Of a DNA stretch of 64,000 nucleotides, positions 25,200-40,224 are shown piece by piece. The stretch spans positions 1,227,572-1,291,571 of the forward strand of contig NC_068987.1 in the NCBI RefSeq assembly GCF_001194135.2. Reading direction: 5' to 3'. Within the stretch, counting starts at the first letter, position 1. Each line of letters starts with the position of its first letter. The DNA is from Octopus bimaculoides. Taxonomy: Eukaryota. Both the position numbers and the translations under genes were made by a program. Below the pieces are notes generated by a model. That model was not told the origin of the DNA. It saw nothing but the letters and a program-made list of their open reading frames with translations, and searched no databases.

Positions 25200-25710
25200 C
25201 TTTCTGTCTGTCTGTCTGTGTATCTCTCTGTTCTTCTGCATACCGAATTATCTATTTATCTCTATATCTGCCTGTTTGTACGTATGTTTCTCTGTCTCTA
25301 TGTCTGTCTGTTTCTCTGTCTCTGTGTCTGTCTGTTTGTCTGTCTGTTTATCTGTGTGTGTGTGTGTGTGTTGGTAGGCGTGTTTGTAATTATGCGTGTG
25401 TTGTTTTCGTATGTCTTTTACCGTGTGTGCAAGTAATCGTTAGTTTGCATTACAAAGAAAGCCGCTGCGTTATTCTTGGCAGTATTTTTAGAACGGACCC
25501 AGGTGAACATACGTTTTTCCGTTAAGAAAACAACATGTTTATGATACAACCGATATAAACGAACAACAACAACAAAATGTCTCTAAGTGAATAAGTTATG
25601 AGCAAGTGAAAGCTGTGAAACAATAAGGCACAGATGTTTACAATAATAAAACGTCAATTTAACCGGGATAAAGTTCAAATTAAGATTCGTTAATATTTAT
25701 CTTCTCTTAA

Positions 25711-25920
25711 AATGGCGAGCTGTCGGAATTGTTACTACGCCGGACATTGTTACTACGCCGGACAGAATACTTTCCCTCCTGATTTCAAATTCCGCCGATG
25801 TCGACTTTGCCTTTCATCCTTTTGGGGTCGATAAAATAAGTACCAGTTTAGCGCTGGGGTTCATGTATTCGACTATCGACCGCTCTCGAAATTGCAGGCA
25901 TTGTGACAAAATATGAAACT
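25711..25920 (+). mobile_element. SINE family A with an 18-bp internal tandem duplication
   Basis: atggcgagctgtcgga...tcaaattccgccgatgtcgactttgcctttcatccttttggggtcgataaaataagtaccag; attgttactacgccggac occurs twice (25728-25763). Confidence 0.85.
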
Positions 25921-26440
25921 AATATCATTTAAGCTTTGTATGAGACTTTGGTGATGAACCAGTCAGACGGTGATACATGTGACGGAGTCCGGCATTTTGC
26001 ATGTGTATCATATTTCGGGATTGTCATGTTTTTTTTTGTTTTTTTTTTGCCAAATAAACACACACACTATATATTTTTTCTTTACTCGTTTACTACTGTT
26101 CTTATCTTATTTTACCCCCCCCCCCCACACACACACACGAACAAGTACACAAACGCATGCGCACATAAGGACACACATCTTAGAAGAACAGAATGAAGTG
26201 GAGCAAGAAAACACACGAGGACGAAAAGTGTCGCTGAAGAGGTCACAGTTGTGTGACGAAGGATTTCCGAACAACGGACATGAGATAAAAATATATTACA
26301 AAAATTACACTAATAAACGGGTTAAGAACAAATATATATAATGCATGTGTATATTTCGCAAATAACAAAAAAAAAATTACCATCACTAGATACAACAATG
26401 TCTGTTTCAACACACGATTTCACATCAGGAATCATGCAAA

Positions 26441-26474
<34 letters not shown>

Positions 26475-27211
26475 CTCACATGGTTTTGTGTGGACGTATG
26501 TATATCTATATGTACCATACTATGTCTACATCAATGATAGTTAGCAGCAATCGGTGCGTTGAACAAAAATAAATTGTAGCATTTCGTTTCATACTCATTC
26601 TGCTCTCATCATTCCAGTCAACTTTCCTTTGCTGTCCTCCTCCACCTCCTCCTCCGTCCCACTTTCTTCCACACTCCCCCTCCTTCCTCCTCCTTCCTCT
26701 TCCTTCCTCCTCCTTCCTCTTCCTTCCTCCTCCTTCCTCTTCCTTCCTCCTCCNNNNNNNNNNNNNNNNNNNNNNNNNNNNNNNNNNNNNNNNNNNNNNN
26801 NNNNNNNNNNNNNNNNNNNNNNNNNNNNNNNNNNNNNNNNNNNNNNNNNNNNNNNNNNNNNNNNNNNNNNNNNNNNNNNNNNNNNNNNNNNNNNNNNNNN
26901 NNNNNNNNNNNNNNNNNNNNNNNNNNNNNNNNNNNNNNNNNNNNNNNNNNNNNNNNNNNNNNNNNNNNNNNNNNNNNNNNNNNNNNNNNNNNNNNNNNNN
27001 NNNNNNNNNNNNNNNNNNNNNNNNNNNNNNNNNNNNNNNNNNNNNNNNNNNNNNNNNNNNNNNNNNNNNNNNNNNNNNNNNNNNNNNNNNNNNNNNNNNN
27101 NNNNNNNNNNNNNNNNNNNNNNNNNNNNNNNNNNNNNNNNNNNNNNNNNNNNNNNNNNNNNNNNNNNNNNNNNNNNNNNNNNNNNNNNNNNNNNNNNNNN
27201 NNNNNNNNNNN

Positions 27212-27247
<36 letters not shown>

Positions 27248-27730
27248 AAACAGGCATTGACATACACATACAGGACACACGCTTACTCATGTAGCCACAA
27301 ACGTAAGCGTGAGAACGCAGCCCTATTTACATATTAACACACTAACACGACACGTATTTATTTGACAACAATACTTGTTACCTTTGAGCAATATAAACTA
27401 AACTAGTATCAGCGTCTCTTACAGCATGTATATGGATAGAAGCACACAAACATAAACACACACAGACACACATATATGCAAATATATTCACATACATACA
27501 CAGACACACACACACATGTATGTATACACATAAACACCCACCGACAAATACACTTATAGAAAGACTTGTATAGAAAAGCGTGTGTTTATGCAGAAAAGGG
27601 AGAAGAACGTATTCATAGCGACTGAGACATTTAGAAACTTCTACACACACGCACATCGTATAATTGCCGACATTCACACATATATAGCTACGCTCGTATG
27701 TATAAATGTTCATAAATGTCTATTTATATA

Positions 27731-27802
<72 letters not shown>

Positions 27803-28107
27803 CATATGTATATAGTGTTTGTGTGTGTGTCGAAATGTACATATGTACACTTCACCACACACAAACTATATATATATTTATATAAATGTACATACATTCA
27901 TATACATATATGCGTTGTGAGAGATGTATATATTGCAATATAACTATATATGTGCATAGCTATCTACCTTCCTATCATTCTAGATAGATTGGTACATATG
28001 CATATATACATATATATATATATATATATTATATTATATATACATATTATACATGCATATAGATATATTATATATACATTATATTATATGATAACAGCTA
28101 TATTATA

Positions 28108-28330
28108 GGAGCACTCCGTCGGTTACGACGACGAGAGTCCCAGCTGATCCGATCAACGGAACAGCTTGTTCGTGAAATTAATGTGTGAGTGGCTGAGCAT
28201 TCCACAGACACGTGTTCCCCTAACGAAGTTCTCAGGGAGACTGAGCGTGACACATTGCGTGATAAGGGCGGCCCTTTGAAATACAGGTACTATTCATTTT
28301 TGCCAGCTGAATGGACTGGAGCAACGTGAA
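28108..28330 (-). mobile_element. SINE family C, 3' portion
   Basis: tacaggtactattcatttttgccagctgaatggactggagcaacgtgaaat is the reverse complement of the 37825-37880 segment; it extends to gcactccgtcggttacgacgacg. Confidence 0.8.
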
Positions 28331-28380
<50 letters not shown>

Positions 28381-30102
28381 CGTTACATGTATGTATACCT
28401 ATATATGTGCGTGTCAAGGCCCTGTCAAAGCTTTTCAGAATCATTTGTTTCCTCTTTGGTTCCCGAAATGTGTTCGAGTGTTGATACTAATTTCATTTGA
28501 ACTGTTTAGTAGTTACAACTGCAGATGTGGTTATAGATGTTGTTATTATGTTGCTAATTACTGTTGTACTAACGAAGCAGCTTCTCTCGAAATGGCAGAA
28601 TAAATGGGTTTTCCAATGGCAATGGATAGATTGGGAGTGTAGTGTAGAACTTCATATTAGATCATTTTGAGCGATTATCGTCGACTATAGTCATGTCAGA
28701 TTTCTTTAATATACCCTGTGTTTGAATTTTCGGTGGTCCACTATAATGATGTAAATGTGACTGACTAGCAAGATATCCAATGAAGCTGAAGTTTTGCCCT
28801 TTACTTCTGTAGATCATCGTTGGTATCTTTATTTCGGTTATTTTTGTCCTATATCTTAGATTTAGCTTGTGTTTGTTTCTTTCGATCAATAAGATGTGTA
28901 TTGTCGCGAAGACATACATATACTATAGAGAGTGGATTGAACCAGATAATGTTTTTGTGTCTGCTGTTTATTGTTATTGTGGTGTTGTATTGGCCCTTCC
29001 TCAGCAACCGATGTTTTGAAGTACTTCGTACAGCAAGGCTGCTATTTCGTTGAATACAACCCTGTTAAATGTTTTAAAAAGTCCTATTGAAATGTTTTTA
29101 AACAACGTTTTTAATTATAATTTGAGGATGTTTAGATCGGATACGAATATGCTGAATTTTTTTCTGGCTTTTATGAGGTTTCTAATTGGAAGTTCTAAGT
29201 TTAATTTCACGCCAAGGAAAGTAACTGTAAAAGAGAATACTAAGTTTTAAATGAAAAAATGTAATTTTTCCTACAACTGTCTGGTTGCAGCGTTTTGATA
29301 TTTCTGAGGAGCAGTAAGCTCTCATCTCTATAAAGGCCACTTGAAACAAAATGGAAATTAGTGTGCATTGCTTATATAAAACCCGACAGTATTGACCTCT
29401 GCAGAGATTTTGATCCCATGCTCACATCAAATGTTTCCTTACTGTTTTTCTTTATCCATTGTGTATTGTTATGGAATAAGAGAGATTTTTTTCTCTCCTA
29501 GTGATATAATATCTGTTTCATTGATTGTTCTAATTGATTTGATAAAGTTCAAACCTGCTATAAATATTCGATTTGATATTGTTGCATAATAGTACTAAAT
29601 GTCAAACTGGAAGATGTGACACCTATTTTTATCAGAATTCTCTTGGAAACATTTTATTACACCAAGCGTAATTCTCGACAGATATAAAACCATGTATGTT
29701 TTTGCTTTGTATGTGAATTGGTAATTTCTGTCTAATATTACCCGGGCTGGATGTAGAAGGTTTTATTAGTCTTACAGACAGATTGCTATTAAAAGCAATG
29801 TCTTGATTTTCATTGCAATATATGTGTATTGCAGTGAGAGTTCACCATGCAATAACGTTGACTTGACTTCACTTCCACTGCCCGGCTCTTCGGACACGTT
29901 TATGCTAGTATAATCCTTGCAGACCCTGAGAGTGAATTTGGCGGACATAAACTGTGAGAAAGCCCGTCCTACATACACACACACACACACATATATACAT
30001 ACACATACGTATCTATATATGTATGTATATATATATTTATAGATTTGTATGTGTANNNNNNNNNNNNNNNNNNNNNNNNNNNNNNNNNNNNNNNNNNNNN
30101 NN

Positions 30103-30150
<48 letters not shown>

Positions 30151-30824
30151 CAGATATGATTGTATATATACACTCTCAAACTTAGATTTGTATATATACA
30201 AATATATACAATAACAGTATTAATCTTATTGTGAGTATCACCGTTTCGTTGTGGTTATTCTTACAGAAACTCGTTGTTTTTGTAATTCAAAATGACTTTC
30301 ACTCGAATTCAGAAATGAAACTCCTTAAGAGATCTTGGCCTTAAAGACTGAACATTCTCGACTGAGCAATTGTCATCGTATTCAGAATATGGTTCCGCGC
30401 CGAAATAGCTGCGCCGTTAAACACTCACCAATTGCTTTCGTGAAGCACCTTACAATTATCAGTAAATGAAATGATCCGAATTATAAAATACATATATTCA
30501 TTCCGTGTTTGATATGAACTAAGCCACATTACCGAAAGGGAAGAGTGAAATTTCTTCGTTTTGGTTTGAAGTTATTATTTGTTTGCAAATTATAGCCTCC
30601 TCCCGAGATATTAATTGCTGAAGAAGTTTCCTTGTGATACATGTAGAAAAAGAAAGAAAGAAAAGGGGGGAAACTCCCGTTATTCAAATTTGTGTGTGAA
30701 TTATTGTTCTTACACATACAGAGGCGTCAACTGGATGTGAGAATTCAGTATTTTCACATCAGATTTTTTGGTGAATATCTCTATATGCACCGTATATTGC
30801 GTTACATTCATATATATACATACA

Positions 30825-30876
<52 letters not shown>

Positions 30877-31151
30877 TGTATCTCTGTGTGTGTGTGTGTG
30901 TGAGTCTGCGAGTGGTTTTGAAAGATATATCACGAAAAGGCGTGCACATATGCTATCATGTTCCGTCTTCCTCTCTGCCCTAGAGAAAAGTTTTGCCAGA
31001 ATTCTGCTTAACCGCCTCCAAATCATGTGAGAGAAAGTGTTAGGGGAATCTCATTGTGTGTTTCGCGCCTTTGGAGGAATAATTGGCATGTTATTCTAAG
31101 CAAGACAGCTTCAGGAAAAATACACTTAACACAAACATCATCAGCTGCACT

Positions 31152-31270
<119 letters not shown>

Positions 31271-33390
31271 ACACTTTAAAAATTTTCTGTGATACACGAT
31301 CCCTTTTGATCGAAATCTAACTTTTTCTTTTTTTTTCCGAAAAAAGTTCTACATAGTGAAGGAATGGGGTAGATAAGGTCGTAGCTACGTATGTTTCATA
31401 GCGCAGGGAACCTCGGAAGTGGTAAATATCTAAGCTATGTTACTCTTCAGGCCAAGGTTATCTTGATTGAATGAAGTGTACTTTGTCGTTTGAAGGTTAA
31501 CACACGCAGGATTCGATCAGAATGCAGNNNNNNNNNNGTATGTATGTATGTATGTATGCATGTATGTTTCTGTATGTATGTATGTTTCTGTATGTGCAGA
31601 TTTGTATGTTTTGTTTTACGTATGTATTCTCATGCACATAATTGTATATCTAGACATGCTCGTATATTTATTTAAATGATAAACTTCTGGAAAGTTTTAC
31701 AGATTTTTACAGTTCCAATGAAAAATTTGATCTGCAGTCTTCGAATTAGTTTAGTTTTTCTTGTTCGGAGAAGCTTAATTTCTCAAGATTGGTCTTTAGG
31801 CAGGCATGTATGTATGCATGCATCCATCCATGTATATATATACATATATATATATGTGTGTGTGTGTGTGTGCATGTATGCATCCATGTATATATGTATG
31901 AGTGTATACCTATACGTATATACAAATATATTCTATCCGTATGTGTGCCCGTAAGTATATGGGCATATGTGTCTCATGTGTCTATGTGTACGTAAGTAGA
32001 TACATTTTCCGTAAATGCATGACAGGAAGGTTTTATTCTAACGCCATTGGTTTCTGTGTCAAATTACACTTCATCTTATGACTATAAACAGATGTATATT
32101 ATTTACAGATATATTTCTTTGTGGACGAATCCATGATTAATATTTCTCAGAAGCACCGACCTCTCAAACAAACCAAATTATGATAACTTTATAATAAAAT
32201 TATAATAAACCAACATTCTGTCATTGTTTAATAGTTTTCCATATTTCGTTTGAGGAAATAGTTTAATAACGAACCGAAAATTATGCAGAAGTTTAGTAGA
32301 TTTTAAAAACATGTTTAATAGTGCAGTTTTCTTTGAGATTCCACACCTCACTGACAAATTCTGAACATTTTTCTACATTTAAAGAGTCAGTTATACAAAG
32401 AGTTAACTGCGAATTTACTGGGCCTCTTCACTGCAAACCCCAAGAACCCATAAAACACATTGATAATGTTGATGTTTAACTATAACATGCCAAGTGGAAC
32501 ATATAAAGGCGGTGGTCAGTTGGGACATCAAATGAAATTGATAATGTTATTTATGAGTTTTGATAATATTATTTATGGTGCTAAATTGTCAGTTCGTGGT
32601 TTAATGTATTCGTGACATGAAGAGATCTTCTGCTACTTTCTTTGATGTATAAAGGTTTAAGATCGATACATACGTAGTGACCATAGTGATCACTTCAATA
32701 TTCGGTCTCATCTAATTAGGAGTTATATGAAGGTGTTACATTACGAATATTTCTATATAAGTATCTAAACATAACATACTGTAACGTTAACAAATATATG
32801 ACACTCCACACAAGACACAAACTCCATTGTCATACGAGAGGGGAACGTCTGGAGTCAGGTTTCATATACCTTAAGAAATAAAATATTCTTAGAGATCTCA
32901 AATTGAGAACAGTTTCAAATTTAATCACAGCATGGCCATAATCAAAAGCCTGAAACAAGTAAAAGAGTAATCTTTATCCAAACTTTGAAATAACATTATC
33001 GTTTATCTAAAATATAATATCTGCCCTGAAAAATGGATAAATTCATTTTAATTAAGAGTATAGGTCTTCACCATTAGTCTCCACCGTTCCACATGTGGCC
33101 ATATACTCAGCATATGGTAGGATTATTATTTTATAATGAGTTAAATCGTGTCATGTGTATAATCTGTGTGAGATCTGTTTCGGTTTATGCAAACATTGGT
33201 AATGCGGAACTCGCGGAAATTGATTTAGCTTCAAACCACTTTAACATAAAGACTACCCGAATCATCAGATGTGGACCGACTATTGCAGGCCGATTATCGA
33301 AACGTCAATAGTAAGACCGATGCAAAGACGGAGACAATTCGTACATCTGAATCTAATATCAAGTCACAATAGACGCAGTTTTCAAGGACA

Positions 33391-33437
<47 letters not shown>

Positions 33438-35553
33438 AGACCTGTCAGTACATGGTGAAAATAGTTTAAGTGACTGAGTGCTCCGTAACTGCACTCTACT
33501 CCTGATTCTAAGCCAGAAGCCATGTCACATTATTAATGCCAAAGTTTGCCATCTTAATTAGAAGTACCGCCCATTCAACGCTTTACGCATCAACTCGATT
33601 CCAATGTCTTCCACAAGAACTTGAATGGTCCCAGGCCATGACAAAATAATAATACACTAATAGTGATTGTATACAGTGTCCAGGTACACTACAACTCATC
33701 AGAGAAAGTATCCAAAAATGCATGAACGTTACATAGAGTATGCACAGGGAGTGAACGCTGAAAGAATCGCTTTAAAAAATGTGGGCAAACACGAGGATGT
33801 AGCGCCTCGACAGGTAACAACTGATGCAGGTTTATTTATTCCATTCTGCAGCAAATTTTAACGTTCAAAGATGTTACCGAAAGTGAAGGTTTCTGTGTTG
33901 TTTTTGATTTTGTAAGCATGTCCACTACGAGTGTTAGACATGTGGAATTCAAAATGGTCACATTTACTGAATGTGGTGGCGTTGTGGGGTTACACTCAGA
34001 GACTTATCATTGCGATAGGTCTCAGAACTGCCATATCTAGAGTTAATTGTATTTATGTAATTGTATTTATGAAGGGAAACATGATGTATTGTCCTTAAAT
34101 TTAATTTGAAATTTACATATCATCTTAGATTAAAATCAAGTTTTGTTAAAAAAATATTCATGAATTTCAAGTCAGAGCTCAAGAGATTTTATTACGACGA
34201 GAAATTGCACTTGGGTTGGTTCAAATATTCCAATTAAACAATCATTTTGCTCGGACAATTTTAGTGGGTTTAGAGGGCAGCCGTCGACCATGATATCACC
34301 AAATGTGATAAACGTTGCAACAAATTGATATTTTTTCAATTATTTACAGCACAAATATTATTATGACTCATCAGATTTTTGTCGGACAAAATCTTAACGA
34401 AAAGATATAAATTCGCATGTATAAGATTCTTGTTTTCATTTTCTTTCTGCTGCAGAATTATTCCTATTTCATTTTCGACAATCTAATTAGTTTTATCAGT
34501 GGGAATTTGCATTAAGTCACAGTATAATCACTTCATTATTGTAAACACATTATTTTAACGTCACTTTCCTGGGATAATGGCGGCAGACAACACAGGTCAT
34601 TAGCTGTTTAAAATGTTATTGTCTTCATATAACCTGGTTTCACCAGAGCAAAATTACACATCTTTTCAACTCCTTTTTTTTCTCTCATTATTTTCAATGA
34701 CGCAATGAATAACAAATGCGTAAATTTTATTGAATTCAGGCTTTAATCTTTAATTTCCTTTTTAAACCATCAAATTTCTGAACATATTATTTTATTCACA
34801 AGATTTCCAGTGGAATAAAACATAAAAACAAAACCAAATGAAGCGGAATAAAATAAATGAACAAATCAACTAAAACATTCCAATCTTCAAAAACTAAAAG
34901 TTAATAGTTTAAAGATGACTAAATTGATTACACATTTTCAGTTAACATTTTAAACAAGAATCTAAATCCGCAGCTAAATGCTGTATTAGTAGCAGAGAGA
35001 AAATGGCGGTGAAAGTGTAACGTTTATCTTTAGGTATTGAAATAAAATATATCTTAACACACTTACAATAACAAACGCAACGGGTTACAATCGTCGTACT
35101 TCTCTGGAACACACACAACGTTAGAGTTATTTCGAATCTATTATTACAACTACCGCTGCCGTCGCTGCTGTTGTTGCTCCGGGTTAGCTCTGAAAAGGCA
35201 GATTTATTAGGCGTGCGAGATTAAACAATGCCGTCCTCCTGTGTATTTTTGTAACTATGTTTTACTCTGATGTCAAATAAGCATGTCACGTTGATTACAA
35301 TACATACTTCTTTTTTCATGTCGGCGACTACAATATCCGGTCTGTTGCATGGAATATGTGAACCGACACTTCATTACTAGGACAACGTTGACAATATATC
35401 AACTAATTATAGCATACCAATTAGCATGATTGCTAATTCTTGACTGACTAGTTGTATGTCGTTATTAAACATAACTCATCATCTAACAATCGTTAAGGTA
35501 TTGTAGATAGTTGTGTTGTTTAGCTTTGGTTCAATCGTAGACGAGCAAACCTC

Positions 35554-35600
<47 letters not shown>

Positions 35601-36121
35601 ATTTGTGAGAATTCCTTGGCTTTGTTCACGCACTTTCACACAAACAGAGATAACATCCATCATCACATTGCTCTTTCAATCTTATGCGCTTCACAGATAC
35701 CTTTGTTCCTACTCACCTTCATCACGCACTCAATATCTCACATGTAACATTTTACATTTTACACGTAACAATTACACAAAACACCCCTACATTTCCCAAA
35801 ACGCACACCAAACAGCATCACAAACACACATCACAATAAGAAACAAACGCAACATACGGTTCCAACATAGCTTTTCCAAATTCAAATATTCTCCAAGACG
35901 CGCCTCCGCACATCCACCACCAATTCTCTGCATGACTTTCCCCATAGAACAACATTCGGCTGAGTTACTCACCCATCCACTTTCGCTTTTTCCTCATTTT
36001 TAATACACTGGTTCCATTTCTCATTCTTTCAATACTTCTCTTCATTTCTTTTCTTCCGATGAAGGACTAACATCCGACACGCTGCGTCTCTCTTTACCCA
36101 TTGAAGTATTAAGCTAATAAC

Positions 36122-36152
<31 letters not shown>

Positions 36153-36820
36153 NNNNNNNNNNNNNNNNNNNNNNNNNNNNNNNNNNNNNNNNNNNNNNNN
36201 NNNNNNNNNNNNNNNNNNNNNNNNNNNNNNNNNNNNNNNNNNNNNNNNNNNNNNNNNNNNNNNNNNNNNNNNNNNNNNNNNNNNNNNNNNNNNNNNNNNN
36301 NNNNNNNNNNNNNNNNNNNNNNNNNNNNNNNNNNNNNNNNNNNNNNNNNNNNNNNNNNNNNNNNNNNNNNNNNNNNNNNNNNNNNNNNNNNNNNNNNNNN
36401 NNNNNNNNNNNNNNNNNNNNNNNNNNNNNNNNNNNNNNNNNNNNNNNNNNNNNNNNNNNNNNNNNNNNNNNNNNNNNNNNNNNNNNNNNNNNNNNNNNNN
36501 NNNNNNNNNNNNNNNNNNNNNNNNNNNNNNNNNNNNNNNNNNNNNNNNNNNNNNNNNNNNNNNNNNNNNNNNNNNNNNNNNNNNNNNNNNNNNNNNNNNN
36601 NNNNNNNNNNNNNNNNNNNNNNNNNNNNNNNNNNNNNNNNNNNNNNNNNNNNNNNNNNNNNNNNNNNNNNNNNNNNNNNNNNNNNNNNNNNNNNNNNNNN
36701 NNNNNNNNNNNNNNNNNNNNNNNNNNNNNNNNNNNNNNNNNNNNNNNNNNNNNNNNNNNNNNNNNNNNNNNNNNNNNNNNNNNNNNNNNNNNNNNNNNNN
36801 NNNNNNNNNNNNNNNNNNNN

Positions 36821-36879
<59 letters not shown>

Positions 36880-37702
36880 ATGTATACGTATACACACATA
36901 TGTAGTGTATGTGTGAGTATATATATACATATATATATACGTATAGACACATATATAGCTGAAACTAAATAAAATGAAAACTGAAATATATACACACACG
37001 TGTACATAGTATCTCTGACTATGATTTTCACCAACAATTGAACAGAGTAAAAATATCATAAATTAATTGTCATTGCTCTTACAGTACAAATGACCCCGTA
37101 AGATTGTTTAAAGATGAAAACTCTGTTATCATCTAATAGACTTTAAACCATTCTCTCCACAATGTTGCAGAATAATATTTGCCATTTATTCTAATGTTTG
37201 GTGAACGTATAACATACGTCGGATGGTATGATTCATTAATCACGACAATGCAGTGAAAATATAATAACGTAACTCATCCAGACTGCGCACAGTTGTACGA
37301 GCCTTCTGCCTTTTCCTCACATCATGATGCCATGCATTAGAATGGCCAGACAAAAATGTTTATAGACTGTAGACAGTCTAAAGAACTGTGGAATAGCTCC
37401 AGGTTACTCTCGTTGTTTATGAACTTCAGAAATTGCGAATCGCTTCAGACAAATGACGAACATTGGATACTCTCGGACACTCAGTCATTAATCATTATAA
37501 GTATAACCATACGAGTGGCACTATATACATTTACATACAGAAACATATAGGCCAACAAACCACATATATATATATATTATAAATACTGCATATTTTATAT
37601 ATCATTGTGCACACGCGTAGATACACACATGCACAACACGTGTTTGTTAACATAAGTGAACCTACACATATATTTTGCATATATATATAAGTGTGTGTGT
37701 GT

Positions 37703-37734
<32 letters not shown>

Positions 37735-37735
<1 letters not shown>

Positions 37736-37922
37736 GAGCCTGGTTTAGTAGTAAAGGTATTCGGTTCACTATAGTAAAGTCGTGGTTTCAATTCCCGGTG
37801 ACGTGTTGTGTCCTTCGGCAAGACACTTTATTTCACGTTGTTCCAGTCCACTCAACTGACAAAAATGAGTTGTACAGGTAATTCAACAAGGCCAATCTTG
37901 TCACTCTGTGTCACACTGAATC
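37735..37922 (+). mobile_element. SINE family C, 5' portion
   Basis: tggtttagtagtaaaggtattcgg (A-box-like) and gtggtttcaattcccgg (B-box-like), then a body matching 28220-28330 on the opposite strand. Confidence 0.8.
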
Positions 37923-38016
37923 TCCACATTCTGATATTTACAGAAAAACAAAACAGGAAAACAGGGGTATAAACAACACAGATGTATTAGTTTATCGCTC
38001 GGGAAGGTGAGAAAAA

Positions 38017-38053
38017 CCTTTACGTTTCGAGCCACTGCTCTTCGATATAAAGG
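38017..38053 (-). ncRNA. Degenerate minimal type I hammerhead motif, probably inactive
   Basis: Minus strand CCTTT-atatcga-A-GAGC-agtg-GCTC-GAAACGT-AAAGG. Stems I and II and GAAA are present, but the core is ATATCGA instead of CTGANGA and no H17 base is evident. Confidence 0.45.
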
Positions 38054-38101
38054 AACAGGGGGGCATAAACAGGGTGAATAAAAAAGAGAGAGAATAAAAA
38101 G

Positions 38102-38132
<31 letters not shown>

Positions 38133-38159
38133 TCATATATATGCGTACGTGTGTGAATC

Positions 38160-38700
38160 TGGAGGGATACAAACGCCTATTGACGGATGCTTCGAAAAAT
38201 TGTAGATCGATAGAAACGTAGGCAGCAGAGATATGTAGCAGGAGCTATAACACAATAAATAATAGGCACAAGAAATTAGGTGTGTGTCTGGAATACAGTA
38301 TACTCCTTAAACTCTAGATGTTTGACGACATACCTAGTGTATAGATGCAATTAACCTCTGAGAGAAGGCCATACATCTACATAGGGGCTAGCTGTCTAAA
38401 GTTTAAGTTGAAGCTCACTAATCACTTAAATTCATCTAAATTTTAAAATAAGATGAACAGCACGAAGGTAATCAAACAAATTTGATCAATAGAGATCATA
38501 GCTATACCACGGATTGGGAAAGAATCAGTGCAGCAGGAAGTATGTTTGAGCTGTGTAGAGAAGAAACCCGCCAAATCTTTACATCGGGACGCAAATTACT
38601 TAATAACAAGCTTGAACAGACCTTACGATATTTACGTAAACATACCAAAGCGTTTAAGAAAATTAATGGAACTTCTTACATATCCTAAACGCAAAAAGTT
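38160..38700 (+). mobile_element. Penelope-like element relic (GIY-YIG endonuclease region), frameshifted
   Basis: Across frames: IDGCFEKL*IDRN, YSLNSRCLTTYLVYRC, YIYIGASCLKFKLKLTNH (YIG at 38378-38386), NSTKVIKQI, YTTDWERI, ELCREETRQI...LLNNKLE. This order matches the PLE GIY-YIG C-terminus. Confidence 0.7.
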
Positions 38701-39074
38701 CATGGTCCCCGCTCCCCGCTCCCTTAACTTACCTAGCACAAATTCTATCCACTTTATACTACCAGACATAAACAACAATAGCAATAAATATACGAACAAT
38801 AAAAATACATTACTTCACAAACACTACACTAATCAGATAATACAAAACACAAATAGGCCTGCCAAAGCAGTAACATTAACCGTGACCCAGTTAGATGGAA
38901 CCCTGACTTCGGACAGCAACGGTGAATCGCACAAACTTACGAACAAATCAGATTTTAGTTTCAATACAACCGCCCATTACCTCTCCGTGAATCCTAACTG
39001 ACTGACAGCTAACAGTATTCAGATACCTTCACAACTAGCCAAATGGGCAGAGCCTGCCCCCCCACCCCGAGCAA

Positions 39075-39250
39075 CACTTGACGACCGATGCTCGTGTGTT
39101 TACGTCCCCTTGGCTAGCGGTTCGGCAAAAGAGACCGACACAGTAACTACTAGGCTTACAAACGATGAGTATTGGGGTCGATTTGTTCAACTAAATCTGG
39201 TGATCCAGCATGGCCGCAGTCAAACGACTGAAACAATTGAAAGTTAAAAA
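39075..39250 (+). mobile_element. SINE family B, 3' half
   Basis: acttgacgaccgatgctcgtgtgtttacgtcccc...gcggttcggcaaaagagaccga...ccagcatggccgcagtcaaacgactgaaacaa. Confidence 0.85.
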
Positions 39251-39253
39251 AAA

Positions 39254-39307
<54 letters not shown>

Positions 39308-39657
39308 ATACACACATAAACGTGTTTATATTTATATATATATATAATGTATATAATGTATGTTGGCATGCATAGGCAGACGCTAGTGTTTCCTTTGAAT
39401 AGCAACATCGGACTTTGCAGTGATGTCGAGGCAATAAAATAACCGGAGACAATAAAATAGGCTGAGGTAGTGATATTGGTATTGAAAGGCAGGCCCCGTC
39501 GTAGTAAATTAGTATCAGACAACAAATTATACATTCACAAATAAGCAAATAGACATAAACACATATAATCAAATAGACTCTGTATATACACACCGTTGTT
39601 TACTAAACATTCGATGTGAATTGTACACACGTATATTCTTTAAACACAAAATGTATG

Positions 39658-39708
<51 letters not shown>

Positions 39709-39746
39709 NNNNNNNNNNNNNNNNNNNNNNNNNTCTGTCTATATGC

Positions 39747-39801
<55 letters not shown>

Positions 39802-39950
39802 ATGTACAAATATGTACTCAATATATATTTCTAGCCGAAAACTCGTACAAATGGATGTTTAAATTTTGAATAAGTCACACACCTGTACAGACAGAGAGAT
39901 TATATTCTCAGATTTTATGATAAAATTACACATTCGTGTGTATATATATA

Positions 39951-39989
<39 letters not shown>

Positions 39990-40184
39990 CTATACACAAA
40001 CACATATACATACATGAATATATATATACATACATAGAATTACAGATAAATACAAGTACATATATACATACATACCCATATCTATATGTGTGTGTGTGCG
40101 TGCGTCTATATGTGTATGTATATATGTTTCTTCGTGTATACAGACAGGGATATTTAAAGTTCATTCTTATAGAAAAAATAGGTT

Positions 40185-40224
<40 letters not shown>

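Noticed and set aside
39463-39485. let-7-like TGAGGTAGT (also near 59778)
   Set aside because: Only the first 9 nt match; there is no complementary star arm or hairpin.
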